DNA of 41,651 nucleotides, taken from assembly GCF_003334335.1 (NCBI RefSeq), contig NZ_QOWQ01000037.1; one strand, 5' to 3'. This document shows, one piece after another, positions 9,818 through 20,298 of the stretch (positions are counted from its first letter, which is position 1; each line of letters opens with the position of its first letter). Source of the DNA: Escherichia coli. GTDB taxonomy: Bacteria > Pseudomonadota > Gammaproteobacteria > Enterobacterales > Enterobacteriaceae. The notes beneath the pieces are model-generated. The model was not told the origin of the DNA, did no database searches, and was given only the letters and a program-made list of their open reading frames with translations. The position numbers were made by a program, and so were the translations under genes.

Positions 9818-10840
9818 GTGACCTTCTGGAGTATTTTACGCCAACGCTGCTGGGGGCTGGTGCTCGTGGTGGCGGGCGTCTGCGTGATTACGTTTATTAT
9901 CTCGCATCTGATCCCTGGTGATCCGGCGCGGTTACTGGCGGGTGACCGCGCCAGCGATGCTATCGTGGAAAATATTCGCCAGCAACTGGGACTGGACCAG
10001 CCACTGTATGTACAGTTTTACCGCTACGTCAGCGACCTGTTTCATGGTGACCTGGGAACATCCATTCGTACCGGGCGTCCGGTGCTGGAAGAGTTGCGTA
10101 TATTTTTCCCGGCGACGCTGGAGCTGGCTTTTGGTGCCCTGCTGCTGGCACTCCTGATTGGCATCCCGCTGGGCATACTCTCTGCAGTCTGGCGAAATCG
10201 CTGGCTGGATCATCTGGTGCGAATAATGGCCATTACCGGAATCTCCACACCTGCGTTCTGGCTTGGGCTGGGCGTCATTGTGCTGTTTTATGGTCATCTG
10301 CAAATTCTTCCCGGCGGCGGAAGGCTTGATGACTGGCTGGATCCACCAACGCACGTTACCGGCTTTTATCTGCTCGATGCGCTGCTTGAAGGCAACGGTG
10401 AAGTCTTCTTCAATGCGTTGCAACATCTCATCTTACCGGCATTAACGCTGGCGTTCGTTCACCTGGGAATTGTCGCTCGCCAGATCCGCTCAGCGATGCT
10501 GGAACAATTGAGTGAAGACTACATTCGTACCGCCCGGGCCAGCGGCTTGCCCGGCTGGTATATCGTTTTATGTTATGCGCTACCCAATGCGTTGATCCCA
10601 TCGATTACCGTATTGGGTTTGGCGCTGGGCGATTTGTTGTATGGCGCAGTGCTCACCGAAACCGTTTTTGCCTGGCCCGGAATGGGTGCATGGGTAGTAA
10701 CATCAATACAGGCGCTCGACTTCCCGGCAGTGATGGGCTTTGCCGTCGTGGTTTCATTTGCTTATGTGCTGGTCAACCTGGTGGTGGATTTGCTCTATTT
10801 GTGGATTGATCCGCGTATCGGACGTGGAGGTGGTGAATGA
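9818..10840 (+). CDS. ddpB: ABC transporter permease (DppB-like)
   Basis: 340-aa membrane protein starting at GTG at 9818, 2 nt after the ddpA stop. Confidence 0.9.
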   Translation: MTFWSILRQRCWGLVLVVAGVCVITFIISHLIPGDPARLLAGDRASDAIVENIRQQLGLDQPLYVQFYRYVSDLFHGDLGTSIRTGRPVLEELRIFFPATLELAFGALLLALLIGIPLGILSAVWRNRWLDHLVRIMAITGISTPAFWLGLGVIVLFYGHLQILPGGGRLDDWLDPPTHVTGFYLLDALLEGNGEVFFNALQHLILPALTLAFVHLGIVARQIRSAMLEQLSEDYIRTARASGLPGWYIVLCYALPNALIPSITVLGLALGDLLYGAVLTETVFAWPGMGAWVVTSIQALDFPAVMGFAVVVSFAYVLVNLVVDLLYLWIDPRIGRGGGE

Positions 10841-11733
10841 TGCTAAGCGAGGAAACGTCCGCCGTACGCCCACAAAAACAAACGCGATTTAACGGTGCAA
10901 AACTGGTATGGATGCTGAAAGGCAGTCCGCTCACCGTGACCAGCGCAGTCATCATTGTATTAATGCTATTGATGATGATTTTTTCACCGTGGCTGGCGAC
11001 GCATGATCCCAACGCCATTGATTTAACCGCCCGCCTTTTGCCGCCTTCTGCGGCGCACTGGTTTGGCACCGATGAAGTGGGACGCGATCTGTTTAGCCGC
11101 GTACTGGTCGGCAGTCAGCAATCAATTCTCGCCGGATTAGTCGTGGTTGCCATTGCGGGTATGATTGGTTCGCTACTCGGATGTCTATCCGGTGTGCTTG
11201 GTGGACGCGCAGACGCCATCATCATGCGCATCATGGACATTATGCTGTCGATTCCTTCGTTGGTACTGACAATGGCACTGGCTGCCGCTCTCGGGCCGAG
11301 TTTGTTTAACGCCATGCTGGCTATTGCTATTGTGCGAATTCCCTTTTATGTGCGCCTGGCGCGGGGGCAAGCATTAGTTGTACGCCAGTATACCTATGTT
11401 CAGGCGGCGAAAACCTTTGGCGCGTCTCGTTGGCATCTGATCAACTGGCATATTTTACGTAACTCCCTACCGCCGCTGATCGTGCAGGCATCGCTGGATA
11501 TCGGTAGCGCGATTTTAATGGCCGCCACGTTGGGATTTATTGGCCTGGGTGCTCAACAACCGAGTGCTGAATGGGGCGCGATGGTAGCAAATGGTCGCAA
11601 CTATGTACTCGATCAGTGGTGGTATTGCGCATTTCCGGGGGCAGCGATTTTGCTTACCGCCGTCGGGTTTAATCTCTTTGGTGATGGTATTCGCGATCTG
11701 CTTGACCCGAAAGCAGGAGGAAAGCAGTCATGA
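10837..11733 (+). CDS. ddpC: ABC transporter permease (DppC-like)
   Basis: 298-aa membrane protein; ATGA overlap with the ddpB stop. Confidence 0.9.
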   Translation: MMLSEETSAVRPQKQTRFNGAKLVWMLKGSPLTVTSAVIIVLMLLMMIFSPWLATHDPNAIDLTARLLPPSAAHWFGTDEVGRDLFSRVLVGSQQSILAGLVVVAIAGMIGSLLGCLSGVLGGRADAIIMRIMDIMLSIPSLVLTMALAAALGPSLFNAMLAIAIVRIPFYVRLARGQALVVRQYTYVQAAKTFGASRWHLINWHILRNSLPPLIVQASLDIGSAILMAATLGFIGLGAQQPSAEWGAMVANGRNYVLDQWWYCAFPGAAILLTAVGFNLFGDGIRDLLDPKAGGKQS

Positions 11734-12716
11734 CCCAACCCGTTCTGGACATTCAACAACTGCATTTGAGTTTCCCCGGTTTTAACGGTGATGTTCACGC
11801 GCTCAACAATGTGTCCTTGCAGATTAACCGCGGTGAAATTGTCGGTCTGGTGGGAGAATCCGGCTCAGGTAAATCAGTCACCGCAATGCTGATTATGCGT
11901 CTGCTACCGACGGGCAGTTATTGCGTACATCGGGGGCAGATTTCCCTGCTGGGAGAAGATGTTCTTAACGCGCGGGAAAAACAGCTTCGTCAGTGGCGCG
12001 GCGCACGAGTGGCGATGATCTTTCAGGAACCGATGACCGCCCTCAATCCGACACGTCGAATAGGTCTTCAGATGATGGACGTGATCCGCCATCATCAACC
12101 AATAAGTCGTCGGGAAGCCAGAGCTAAAGCGATTGACCTGCTGGAAGAGATGCAAATCCCGGATGCCGTGGAAGTTATGTCGCGCTATCCGTTTGAGCTT
12201 TCAGGTGGTATGCGCCAGCGGGTAATGATTGCGCTGGCATTCTCCTGCGAGCCGCAATTGATTATTGCCGACGAACCGACTACGGCGCTGGACGTCACGG
12301 TGCAGTTGCAGGTACTGCGTTTGCTTAAACATAAAGCCCGCGCCAGTGGAACTGCGGTTCTGTTCATCAGCCATGATATGGCCGTGGTGTCGCAACTGTG
12401 CGATAGCGTTTACGTGATGTATGCCGGAAGCGTAATTGAAAGCGGCGTGACGGCAGACGTTATCCATCATCCCCGGCATCCGTATACCATTGGTTTGCTG
12501 CAATGCGCACCAGAACATGGAGTACCACGCCAGCTATTACCCGCCATTCCAGGGACGGTACCAAACCTCACCCATTTGCCTGACGGCTGCGCTTTTCGCG
12601 ATCGTTGCTATGCGGCAGGTGCACAGTGTGAAAACGTCCCGGCGCTGACAGCGTGTGGTGACAACAACCAGCGCTGTGCCTGTTGGTATCCGCAGCAGGA
12701 GGTTATAAGTGTCTGA
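11730..12716 (+). CDS. ddpD: ABC transporter ATP-binding protein (DppD-like)
   Basis: 328 aa; Walker A GESGSGKS and ABC signature LSGGMRQR; 4-bp overlap with ddpC. Confidence 0.9.
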   Translation: MTQPVLDIQQLHLSFPGFNGDVHALNNVSLQINRGEIVGLVGESGSGKSVTAMLIMRLLPTGSYCVHRGQISLLGEDVLNAREKQLRQWRGARVAMIFQEPMTALNPTRRIGLQMMDVIRHHQPISRREARAKAIDLLEEMQIPDAVEVMSRYPFELSGGMRQRVMIALAFSCEPQLIIADEPTTALDVTVQLQVLRLLKHKARASGTAVLFISHDMAVVSQLCDSVYVMYAGSVIESGVTADVIHHPRHPYTIGLLQCAPEHGVPRQLLPAIPGTVPNLTHLPDGCAFRDRCYAAGAQCENVPALTACGDNNQRCACWYPQQEVISV

Positions 12717-13635
12717 CACGTTATTAACGTTACGCGACGTCCATATCAATTTCCCGGCCCGTAAAAACTGGCTTGGTAAAACTACGGAACATGTTCATGC
12801 CATTAATGGTATTGATTTACAGATCCGCCGTGGTGAAACCTTAGGGATCGTCGGCGAGTCAGGCTGCGGCAAAAGCACCCTCGCACAGCTTTTAATGGGT
12901 ATGCTGCAACCGAGCCACGGGCAGTACATCCGTTCTGGCTCACAACGCATTATGCAGATGGTGTTTCAGGACCCGCTCTCTTCGCTTAATCCGCGCTTAC
13001 CGGTGTGGCGCATCATCACAGAACCGCTCTGGATAGCTAAGCGTAGTAGTGAACAACAGCGGCGAGCGTTGGCAGAGGAGTTGGCTGTGCAGGTGGGTAT
13101 TCGTCCGGAGTATCTCGACCGCCTGCCTCATGCGTTCTCCGGCGGGCAGCGGCAACGTATCGCCATTGCCAGAGCACTCTCTTCGCAGCCTGACGTGATT
13201 GTGCTTGATGAGCCAACCTCTGCGCTGGATATCTCCGTTCAGGCGCAGATCCTCAATTTACTGGTAACGCTACAGGAAAATCACGGGCTGACCTATGTGC
13301 TGATTTCACACAATGTCTCGGTGATACGTCATATGAGCGATCGGGTGGCGGTGATGTATCTCGGGCAGATTGTAGAACTGGGCGACGCGCAGCAGGTGCT
13401 GACGGCACCTGCACATCCATACACCCGATTATTGCTGGATTCCCTCCCCGCCATTGATAAACCGCTGGAGGAAGAATGGGCATTACGTAAAACGGATCTG
13501 CCGGGAAACCGCACGTTGCCGCAAGGCTGTTTTTTCTACGAACGTTGCCCGCTGGCAACCCACGGATGTGAAGTCCGGCAATCATTAGCAATAAGGGAGG
13601 ACGGACGTGAGCTCCGGTGCTGGCGGGCGCTGTAG
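12709..13635 (+). CDS. ddpF: ABC transporter ATP-binding protein (DppF-like)
   Basis: 308 aa; Walker A GESGCGKS and signature FSGGQRQR; 8-bp overlap with ddpD. Confidence 0.9.
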   Translation: MSDTLLTLRDVHINFPARKNWLGKTTEHVHAINGIDLQIRRGETLGIVGESGCGKSTLAQLLMGMLQPSHGQYIRSGSQRIMQMVFQDPLSSLNPRLPVWRIITEPLWIAKRSSEQQRRALAEELAVQVGIRPEYLDRLPHAFSGGQRQRIAIARALSSQPDVIVLDEPTSALDISVQAQILNLLVTLQENHGLTYVLISHNVSVIRHMSDRVAVMYLGQIVELGDAQQVLTAPAHPYTRLLLDSLPAIDKPLEEEWALRKTDLPGNRTLPQGCFFYERCPLATHGCEVRQSLAIREDGRELRCWRAL

Positions 13636-13647
13636 AGATGCTAACAA

Positions 13648-13676
13648 CGCATCAGGCATTCACGCGCCTGACGCGT
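13648..13676. terminator. Imperfect palindrome between convergent ddpF and osmC (probable bidirectional terminator)
   Basis: acgcatcaggc ... gcctgacgcgt: 11-bp stem with one mismatch and an 8-nt loop. Confidence 0.4.
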
Positions 13677-13690
13677 CATCCGGCAATGCT

Positions 13691-14122
13691 TTACGATTTC
13701 AACTGGTAATCCAGCGTAATTTCCGCTTTCAGTACCTGAGAGACCGGGCATCCTGCTTTTGCTTTCTGGATTATGCCGTCAAAGGTAGAGGCATCAATAC
13801 CCGGCACCGCAACTTCACTCTTCAGTGCGATTTTCGTAATCGCAAAACCGGCATCCACTTTATCCAGCGACACATCGGCGGTGGTATCAATCGATGTTGG
13901 CGTGAATCCCGCTTCCCCCAGCATTAATGAAAGCGCCATTGAGAAACATGCGGCATGCGCTGCGCCAATCAGTTCTTCAGGGTTGGTTCCTTTTTCGCCT
14001 TCAAAACGCGTGTTAAATCCATACGGCTGTTGGTTCAGCACGCCACTCTCGGTGGATACTGTTCCCTTCCCGCGTTTGATATCGCCTTCCCAGTGTGCCT
14101 GACCTTTCTTATGGATTGTCAT
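13691..14122 (-). CDS. osmC: Osmotically inducible peroxiredoxin
   Basis: 143-aa ORF recognised as OsmC (OsmC/Ohr family, two conserved Cys). Confidence 0.95.
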   Translation of the reverse strand: MTIHKKGQAHWEGDIKRGKGTVSTESGVLNQQPYGFNTRFEGEKGTNPEELIGAAHAACFSMALSLMLGEAGFTPTSIDTTADVSLDKVDAGFAITKIALKSEVAVPGIDASTFDGIIQKAKAGCPVSQVLKAEITLDYQLKS

Positions 14123-14466
14123 TGTTGCTCTCCTGTGGGCTTAAAAAGGAAATTATAGACTACGTGAGAAACAGCACGAGGATAAGCAGGATATTCCGAA
14201 TAAAATCCGGCGAAAATATTACTTCTGCACTTAAATTAAATTCCCACAATAGATTACCGGGAATATATAACCCAAAAGATATTGTATCAATATTAATCGG
14301 ATCATACCAATCACAATCCCTATGAATATCATGGTGTTAAAATATAAAAATCATCAACCAGGACTAATCTTAACAACGAAGCGGCAAATATTTGCCATGC
14401 TGAATGTGCTTTATAAATCTGCGATCCGTAGCAGACACCATAAATACACAGACACGGAGAATCACT

Positions 14467-14682
14467 ATGTTTACTTATTATCAGGCAGAAAATTCAACAG
14501 CAGAACCCGCTCTGGTTAATGCCATTGAGCAAGGCCTTCGGGCACAGCATGGTGTTGTCACTGAAGATGACATTCTCATGGAGCTGACCAAATGGGTTGA
14601 AGCTTCTGATAACGACATCCTCAGTGATATCTACCAGCAAACGATCAATTATGTGGTCAGTGGCCAGCACCCTACGCTTTAA
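14467..14682 (+). CDS. bdm: Biofilm-dependent modulation protein
   Basis: ORF track starts at 14404; the product MFTYYQAENSTAEPALVNAIEQGL... starts at the ATG at 14467 (71 aa). Divergent from osmC. Confidence 0.85.
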   Translation: MFTYYQAENSTAEPALVNAIEQGLRAQHGVVTEDDILMELTKWVEASDNDILSDIYQQTINYVVSGQHPTL

Positions 14683-14783
14683 GGTGCTATGCTTGATCGG
14701 CAACCTAATTTAGGGGTTTAGCACGTGTTTCTTCGCTACGGCGATGTTGTCCTTAAAACTAGCTACAGGATTGAGGAGTTAAA

Positions 14784-14921
14784 ATGAAATCGAACCGTCA
14801 GGCACGTCATATTCTTGGACTGGACCATAAAATTTCTAACCAGCGCAAAATAGTTACCGAAGGTGACAAATCCAGCGTAGTAAATAACCCAACCGGCAGA
14901 AAACGCCCCGCTGAAAAGTAA
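14784..14921 (+). CDS. sra: Stationary-phase ribosome-associated protein (S22)
   Basis: 45-aa [48 protein letters not shown], found by manual translation (below the ORF-track size cutoff); preceded by a ggag RBS. Confidence 0.85.
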
Positions 14922-14951
14922 TTCATAACCATCAGTCCTCAATGACGATTA

Positions 14952-14988
14952 AACACCATTGCCTGCGCAATGGTGTTTTTGTTTTTAT
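14952..14988 (+). terminator. Rho-independent terminator after bdm-sra
   Basis: aacaccattgc / gcaatggtgtt 11-bp stem, 4-nt loop, then tttgttttt. Confidence 0.8.
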
Positions 14989-15077
14989 CTGCTTTATACT
15001 TGAGGCCGACGCCCTGGCGGTAAAGCAAAGACGATAAAAGCCCCCCAGGGATGGATATTCAAAAAAGAGTGAGTGAC

Positions 15078-16775
15078 ATGGAACCAAAAACAAAAAAACA
15101 GCGTTCGCTTTATATCCCTTACGCTGGCCCTGTACTGCTGGAATTTCCGTTGTTGAATAAAGGCAGTGCCTTCAGCATGGAAGAACGCCGTAACTTCAAC
15201 CTGCTGGGGTTACTGCCGGAAGTGGTCGAAACCATCGAAGAACAAGCGGAACGAGCATGGATCCAGTATCAGGGATTCAAAACCGAAATCGACAAACACA
15301 TCTACCTGCGTAACATCCAGGACACTAACGAAACCCTCTTCTACCGTCTGGTAAACAATCATCTTGATGAGATGATGCCTGTTATTTATACCCCAACCGT
15401 CGGCGCAGCCTGTGAGCGTTTTTCTGAGATCTACCGCCGTTCACGCGGCGTGTTTATCTCTTACCAGAACCGGCACAATATGGACGATATTCTGCAAAAC
15501 GTGCCGAACCATAATATTAAAGTGATTGTGGTGACTGACGGTGAACGCATTCTGGGGCTTGGTGACCAGGGCATCGGCGGGATGGGCATTCCGATCGGTA
15601 AACTGTCGCTCTATACCGCCTGTGGCGGCATCAGCCCGGCGTATACCCTTCCGGTGGTGCTGGATGTCGGAACGAACAACCAACAGCTGCTTAACGATCC
15701 GCTGTATATGGGCTGGCGTAATCCGCGTATCACTGACGACGAATACTATGAATTCGTTGATGAATTTATCCAGGCTGTGAAACAACGCTGGCCAGACGTG
15801 CTGTTGCAGTTTGAAGACTTTGCTCAAAAAAATGCGATGCCGTTACTTAACCGCTATCGCAATGAAATTTGTTCTTTTAACGATGACATTCAGGGCACTG
15901 CGGCGGTAACAGTCGGCACACTGATCGCAGCAAGCCGCGCGGCAGGTGGTCAGTTAAGCGAGAAAAAAATCGTCTTCCTTGGCGCAGGTTCAGCGGGATG
16001 CGGCATTGCCGAAATGATCATCTCCCAGACCCAGCGCGAAGGATTAAGCGAGGAAGCGGCGCGGCAGAAAGTCTTTATGGTCGATCGCTTTGGCTTGCTG
16101 ACTGACAAGATGCCGAACCTGCTGCCTTTCCAGACCAAACTGGTGCAGAAGCGCGAAAACCTCAGTGACTGGGATACCGACAGCGATGTGCTGTCACTGC
16201 TGGATGTGGTGCGCAATGTAAAACCAGATATTCTGATTGGCGTCTCAGGACAGACCGGGCTGTTTACGGAAGAGATCATCCGTGAGATGCATAAACACTG
16301 TCCGCGTCCGATCGTGATGCCGCTGTCTAACCCGACGTCACGCGTGGAAGCCACACCGCAGGACATTATCGCCTGGACCGAAGGTAACGCGCTGGTCGCC
16401 ACGGGCAGCCCGTTTAATCCAGTGGTATGGAAAGATAAAATCTACCCTATCGCCCAGTGTAACAACGCCTTTATTTTCCCGGGCATCGGCCTGGGTGTTA
16501 TTGCTTCCGGCGCGTCACGTATCACCGATGAGATGCTGATGTCGGCAAGTGAAACGCTGGCGCAGTATTCACCATTGGTGCTGAACGGCGAAGGTATGGT
16601 ACTGCCGGAACTGAAAGATATTCAGAAAGTCTCCCGCGCAATTGCGTTTGCGGTTGGCAAAATGGCGCAGCAGCAAGGCGTGGCGGTGAAAACCTCTGCC
16701 GAAGCCCTGCAACAGGCCATTGACGATAATTTCTGGCAAGCCGAATACCGCGACTACCGCCGTACCTCCATCTAA
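15078..16775 (+). CDS. maeA: NAD-dependent malic enzyme
   Basis: ORF track starts at 15051; the product recognised as MaeA/SfcA begins [23 protein letters not shown] at 15078 (565 aa). Confidence 0.9.
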   Translation: MEPKTKKQRSLYIPYAGPVLLEFPLLNKGSAFSMEERRNFNLLGLLPEVVETIEEQAERAWIQYQGFKTEIDKHIYLRNIQDTNETLFYRLVNNHLDEMMPVIYTPTVGAACERFSEIYRRSRGVFISYQNRHNMDDILQNVPNHNIKVIVVTDGERILGLGDQGIGGMGIPIGKLSLYTACGGISPAYTLPVVLDVGTNNQQLLNDPLYMGWRNPRITDDEYYEFVDEFIQAVKQRWPDVLLQFEDFAQKNAMPLLNRYRNEICSFNDDIQGTAAVTVGTLIAASRAAGGQLSEKKIVFLGAGSAGCGIAEMIISQTQREGLSEEAARQKVFMVDRFGLLTDKMPNLLPFQTKLVQKRENLSDWDTDSDVLSLLDVVRNVKPDILIGVSGQTGLFTEEIIREMHKHCPRPIVMPLSNPTSRVEATPQDIIAWTEGNALVATGSPFNPVVWKDKIYPIAQCNNAFIFPGIGLGVIASGASRITDEMLMSASETLAQYSPLVLNGEGMVLPELKDIQKVSRAIAFAVGKMAQQQGVAVKTSAEALQQAIDDNFWQAEYRDYRRTSI

Positions 16776-16908
16776 GCCTGCGCCCGGTAGTGAAGGCTAC
16801 CGGGCTATTTCCCTCTCCCTTTTTCAGATCTCATCCATACTGGGTAGTGGCGAATAAATCTCATTTGCCTCACCTGCTATGCAGAACATCATCCGAAAAG
16901 GAGGAACT

Positions 16909-17919
16909 ATGAAGGCTGCAGTTGTTACGAAGGATCATCATGTTGACGTTACGTATAAAACACTGCGCTCACTGAAACATGGCGAAGCCCTGCTGAAAAT
17001 GGAGTGTTGTGGTGTATGTCATACCGATCTTCATGTTAAGAATGGCGATTTTGGTGACAAAACCGGCGTAATTCTGGGCCATGAAGGCATCGGTGTGGTG
17101 GCAGAAGTGGGTCCAGGTGTCACCTCATTAAAACCAGGCGATCGTGCCAGCGTGGCGTGGTTCTACGAAGGATGCGGTCATTGCGAATACTGTAACAGTG
17201 GTAACGAAACGCTCTGCCGTTCAGTTAAAAATGCCGGATACAGCGTTGATGGCGGGATGGCGGAAGAGTGCATCGTGGTCGCCGATTACGCGGTAAAAGT
17301 GCCAGATGGTCTGGACTCGGCGGCGGCCAGCAGCATTACCTGTGCGGGAGTCACCACCTACAAAGCCGTTAAGCTGTCAAAAATTCGTCCAGGGCAGTGG
17401 ATTGCTATCTACGGTCTTGGCGGTCTGGGTAACCTCGCCCTGCAATACGCGAAGAATGTCTTTAACGCCAAAGTGATCGCCATTGATGTCAATGATGAGC
17501 AGTTAAAACTGGCAACCGAAATGGGCGCAGATTTAGCGATTAACTCACACACCGAAGACGCCGCCAAAATTGTGCAGGAGAAAACTGGTGGCGCTCACGC
17601 TGCGGTGGTAACAGCGGTAGCTAAAGCTGCGTTTAACTCGGCAGTTGATGCTGTCCGTGCAGGCGGTCGTGTTGTGGCTGTCGGTCTACCGCCGGAGTCT
17701 ATGAGCCTGGATATCCCACGTCTTGTGCTGGATGGTATTGAAGTGGTCGGTTCGCTGGTCGGCACGCGCCAGGATTTAACTGAAGCCTTCCAGTTTGCCG
17801 CCGAAGGTAAAGTGGTGCCGAAAGTCGCCCTGCGTCCGTTAGCGGACATCAACACCATCTTTACTGAGATGGAAGAAGGCAAAATCCGTGGCCGCATGGT
17901 GATTGATTTCCGTCACTAA
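16909..17919 (+). CDS. adhP: Zn-dependent alcohol dehydrogenase (propanol-preferring)
   Basis: Product begins [14 protein letters not shown] at the ATG at 16909, after an aaaggagga RBS (336 aa); CGVCHTD and GHEGxG motifs. Confidence 0.9.
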   Translation: MKAAVVTKDHHVDVTYKTLRSLKHGEALLKMECCGVCHTDLHVKNGDFGDKTGVILGHEGIGVVAEVGPGVTSLKPGDRASVAWFYEGCGHCEYCNSGNETLCRSVKNAGYSVDGGMAEECIVVADYAVKVPDGLDSAAASSITCAGVTTYKAVKLSKIRPGQWIAIYGLGGLGNLALQYAKNVFNAKVIAIDVNDEQLKLATEMGADLAINSHTEDAAKIVQEKTGGAHAAVVTAVAKAAFNSAVDAVRAGGRVVAVGLPPESMSLDIPRLVLDGIEVVGSLVGTRQDLTEAFQFAAEGKVVPKVALRPLADINTIFTEMEEGKIRGRMVIDFRH

Positions 17920-18064
17920 GAGGCCTTTGCTGCGACTGCCATGTTCGGGTCGCAGCATCGCACACTCTCCAACATGAAATGGCTAAATGGATTATTGTTG
18001 CGTAGGAAGGAACAATAATGATAGTGTTCCCAGTGAAGGAACGCTACTGAGAGTAAAGACACTA

Positions 18065-18349
18065 ATGAAAATGGCCAATCATCCCCGCCCGGGGGACATT
18101 ATTCAGGAATCACTGGACGAACTTAATGTCAGCCTGCGCGAGTTTGCCAGAGCAATGGAAATTGCTCCCTCAACGGCAAGCCGATTGCTGACAGGAAAAG
18201 CAGCTTTGACGCCAGAAATGGCGATTAAACTTTCCGTGGTGATCGGCAGTTCGCCGCAAATGTGGCTGAATCTGCAAAACGCCTGGAGTCTGGCAGAGGC
18301 AGAAAAAACAGTGGATGTGTCGCGATTACGCCGTCTGGTTACGCAATAA
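18065..18349 (+). CDS. yddM: HigA/XRE-family helix-turn-helix protein (orphan antitoxin-like)
   Basis: HTH segment [34 protein letters not shown]; the start at 18065 (MKMANH, 94 aa) is chosen over the ORF-track start at 17987. No toxin-sized partner ORF fits between adhP and this gene. Confidence 0.7.
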
Positions 18350-18735
18350 AAAAATGGCACTTTATAAAGCGCCATTTAGAACTGATGACAAACGCAACAT
18401 TGCCTGATGCGCTACGCTTATCAGGCCTACACGTTCACTGCAATCTATTGGATTTGAAGGGTTTTCATGCCGGATAAGGCGTTCACGCCGCATCCGGCAT
18501 GAACAAAGCCTACGTTGTCTACAATATGAAAATGACGCCTTTTACAGCGCCATTTGAAACTGATGACAAACGCAACATTGCCTGATGCGCTACGCTTATC
18601 AGGCCTACACGTTCACTGCAATCTATTGGATTTGAAGGGTTTTCATGCCGGATAAGGCGTTCACGCCGCATCCGGCATGAACAAAGCCTACGTTGTCTAC
18701 AATATGAAAATGGCGCCTTTTACAGCGCCATTTTC
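18350..18735. repeat. Tandem duplication (2 x ~178 bp) of a BIME unit, each with two REP palindromes and a terminator-like hairpin
   Basis: REP 'gcctgatgcgctacgcttatcaggcctac' at about 18402 and 18580; REP 'gccggataaggcgttcacgccgcatccggc' at about 18469 and 18647; the units are near-identical by eye. Flanking hairpins aaaatggcgcc-ttttacag-cgccatttt sit between convergent yddM and fdnI. Confidence 0.9.
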
Positions 18736-18755
18736 AGCTTAAAGTTCAAAAGAGA

Positions 18756-19409
18756 TTATATCCCTTCTTCACTCTCTTTTTTCGCTTCTGCCTTCTCGAT
18801 TTCACGATACCAGCGCGGATGGTGTTTCTTCGCCCAGCGACGACTTACCTTCCCTTCGATCATCCCTTTAATCGATCCTTTCACCCAAAATGCCATATAC
18901 ATATGGATCAGGATGGCGTGGATCAGGATGATACCCGCAGCCGCGTGGATCAGCAGGCTGTAGCGAACAACCTGCATCGGGAAGTACTGCGCAAAGTACG
19001 GACGCCAGATAATCACCCCGGTCACCAGCAGCACGAAAATCATGCTCATGATCGACCAGAACATCATCTTTTGCCCGGCGTTGTACTTACCGACATCCGC
19101 CACTTTATGCTCATTGCCTTTCAATACTTCGACAATGTTCAACAGCCACGGAATATCTTTCTTATCCGGGATGTTGTGATGCACAAAACGCACAAACATA
19201 AACATCAGTGCGACGAAAATCGCAATGCCGAAGAACGGGTGCAAAATGCGTCCCATCTGCGGCGTACCGAAGGTTTGCGTCAGCCATTGCAGCGTCGGGA
19301 AGAAGAACGAAATCCCGGACAGCGCCACCAGGAAGAAGCAAATCACCACGGTCCAGTGACAGGCGCGATCAATAAATTTGGTGCGCACAATCATTTTCGA
19401 CTTACTCAT
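18756..19409 (-). CDS. fdnI: Formate dehydrogenase-N gamma subunit (cytochrome b556)
   Basis: ORF track starts at 19451; the recognised product begins [19 protein letters not shown] at 19409 (217 aa); multi-pass membrane protein; 8-bp overlap with the fdnH stop. Confidence 0.9.
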
Positions 19410-20286
19410 GATGATCCTCCTCGTCATCGTCCACTTCCTTATTCGGGCCAATACCGATGTAGTGGAAAATCAACCCGGCAAAAGTGGCAATAAAGCCAGC
19501 CGCTGCCAGCGGTTTCAACGCGCCTTTCCACAGGCTTACCGAGGTGTCGATCTTCGGATCTTTCGGCAGACCGTGATACAGCTCCGGCTGATCGGCGTGA
19601 TGCAGCACGTACATAACGTGCGTACCACCGACCCCTTCCGGGTTGTAGACGCCAGCATGTTCGTAACCACGCGCTTTCAGTTTCGCCACGCGCTGTTCCG
19701 CCAGCTCCAGCATCTCCTTCTTGGTGCCGAAGTGGATAGCCCCGGTCGGACAGGTTTTCACACAAGCCGGTTCCTGGCCGACGCTGACGCGATCGACGCA
19801 GAGCGTGCATTTATATACCCGGTTATCCTCTTTGTTGAGGCGCGGAATATTAAACGGACACCCGGCAATGCAGTAACCACAGCCGATGCAGTTTTCCGAC
19901 TGGAAATCGACAATCCCGTTAGCGTACTGAATGATTGCACCAGCAGACGGGCACGCCTTCAGGCAGCCGGGATCTTCACAGTGCATACAGCCGTCTTTAC
20001 GGATCAGCCACTCCAGCTTGCCGTTCTGTTCGGTTTCGCTAAAGCGCATCACCGTCCAGGACTTGGCGCTCAGATCGGCGGGGTTATCGTAAACCCCGAC
20101 GCAGTGCCCCACTTCATCACGGATGTCGTTCCACTCCGAACACGCCACCTGACAGGCTTTACAGCCGATACAGGTGGAAACGTCGATAAGTTTTGCGACT
20201 TCTGCTTTGTAATCACGCACCTGAGAAGGCGGCGTGATGGAGTTAGTTGCGGACCTTTTGATAATGTCCTGCGTTTCCATAGCCAT
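19402..20286 (-). CDS. fdnH: Formate dehydrogenase-N beta subunit (4x[4Fe-4S])
   Basis: 294 aa; several CxxCxxCxxxC ferredoxin motifs and a C-terminal hydrophobic anchor. Confidence 0.95.
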   Translation of the reverse strand: MAMETQDIIKRSATNSITPPSQVRDYKAEVAKLIDVSTCIGCKACQVACSEWNDIRDEVGHCVGVYDNPADLSAKSWTVMRFSETEQNGKLEWLIRKDGCMHCEDPGCLKACPSAGAIIQYANGIVDFQSENCIGCGYCIAGCPFNIPRLNKEDNRVYKCTLCVDRVSVGQEPACVKTCPTGAIHFGTKKEMLELAEQRVAKLKARGYEHAGVYNPEGVGGTHVMYVLHHADQPELYHGLPKDPKIDTSVSLWKGALKPLAAAGFIATFAGLIFHYIGIGPNKEVDDDEEDHHE

Positions 20287-20298
20287 CTGTTCGCCCCC

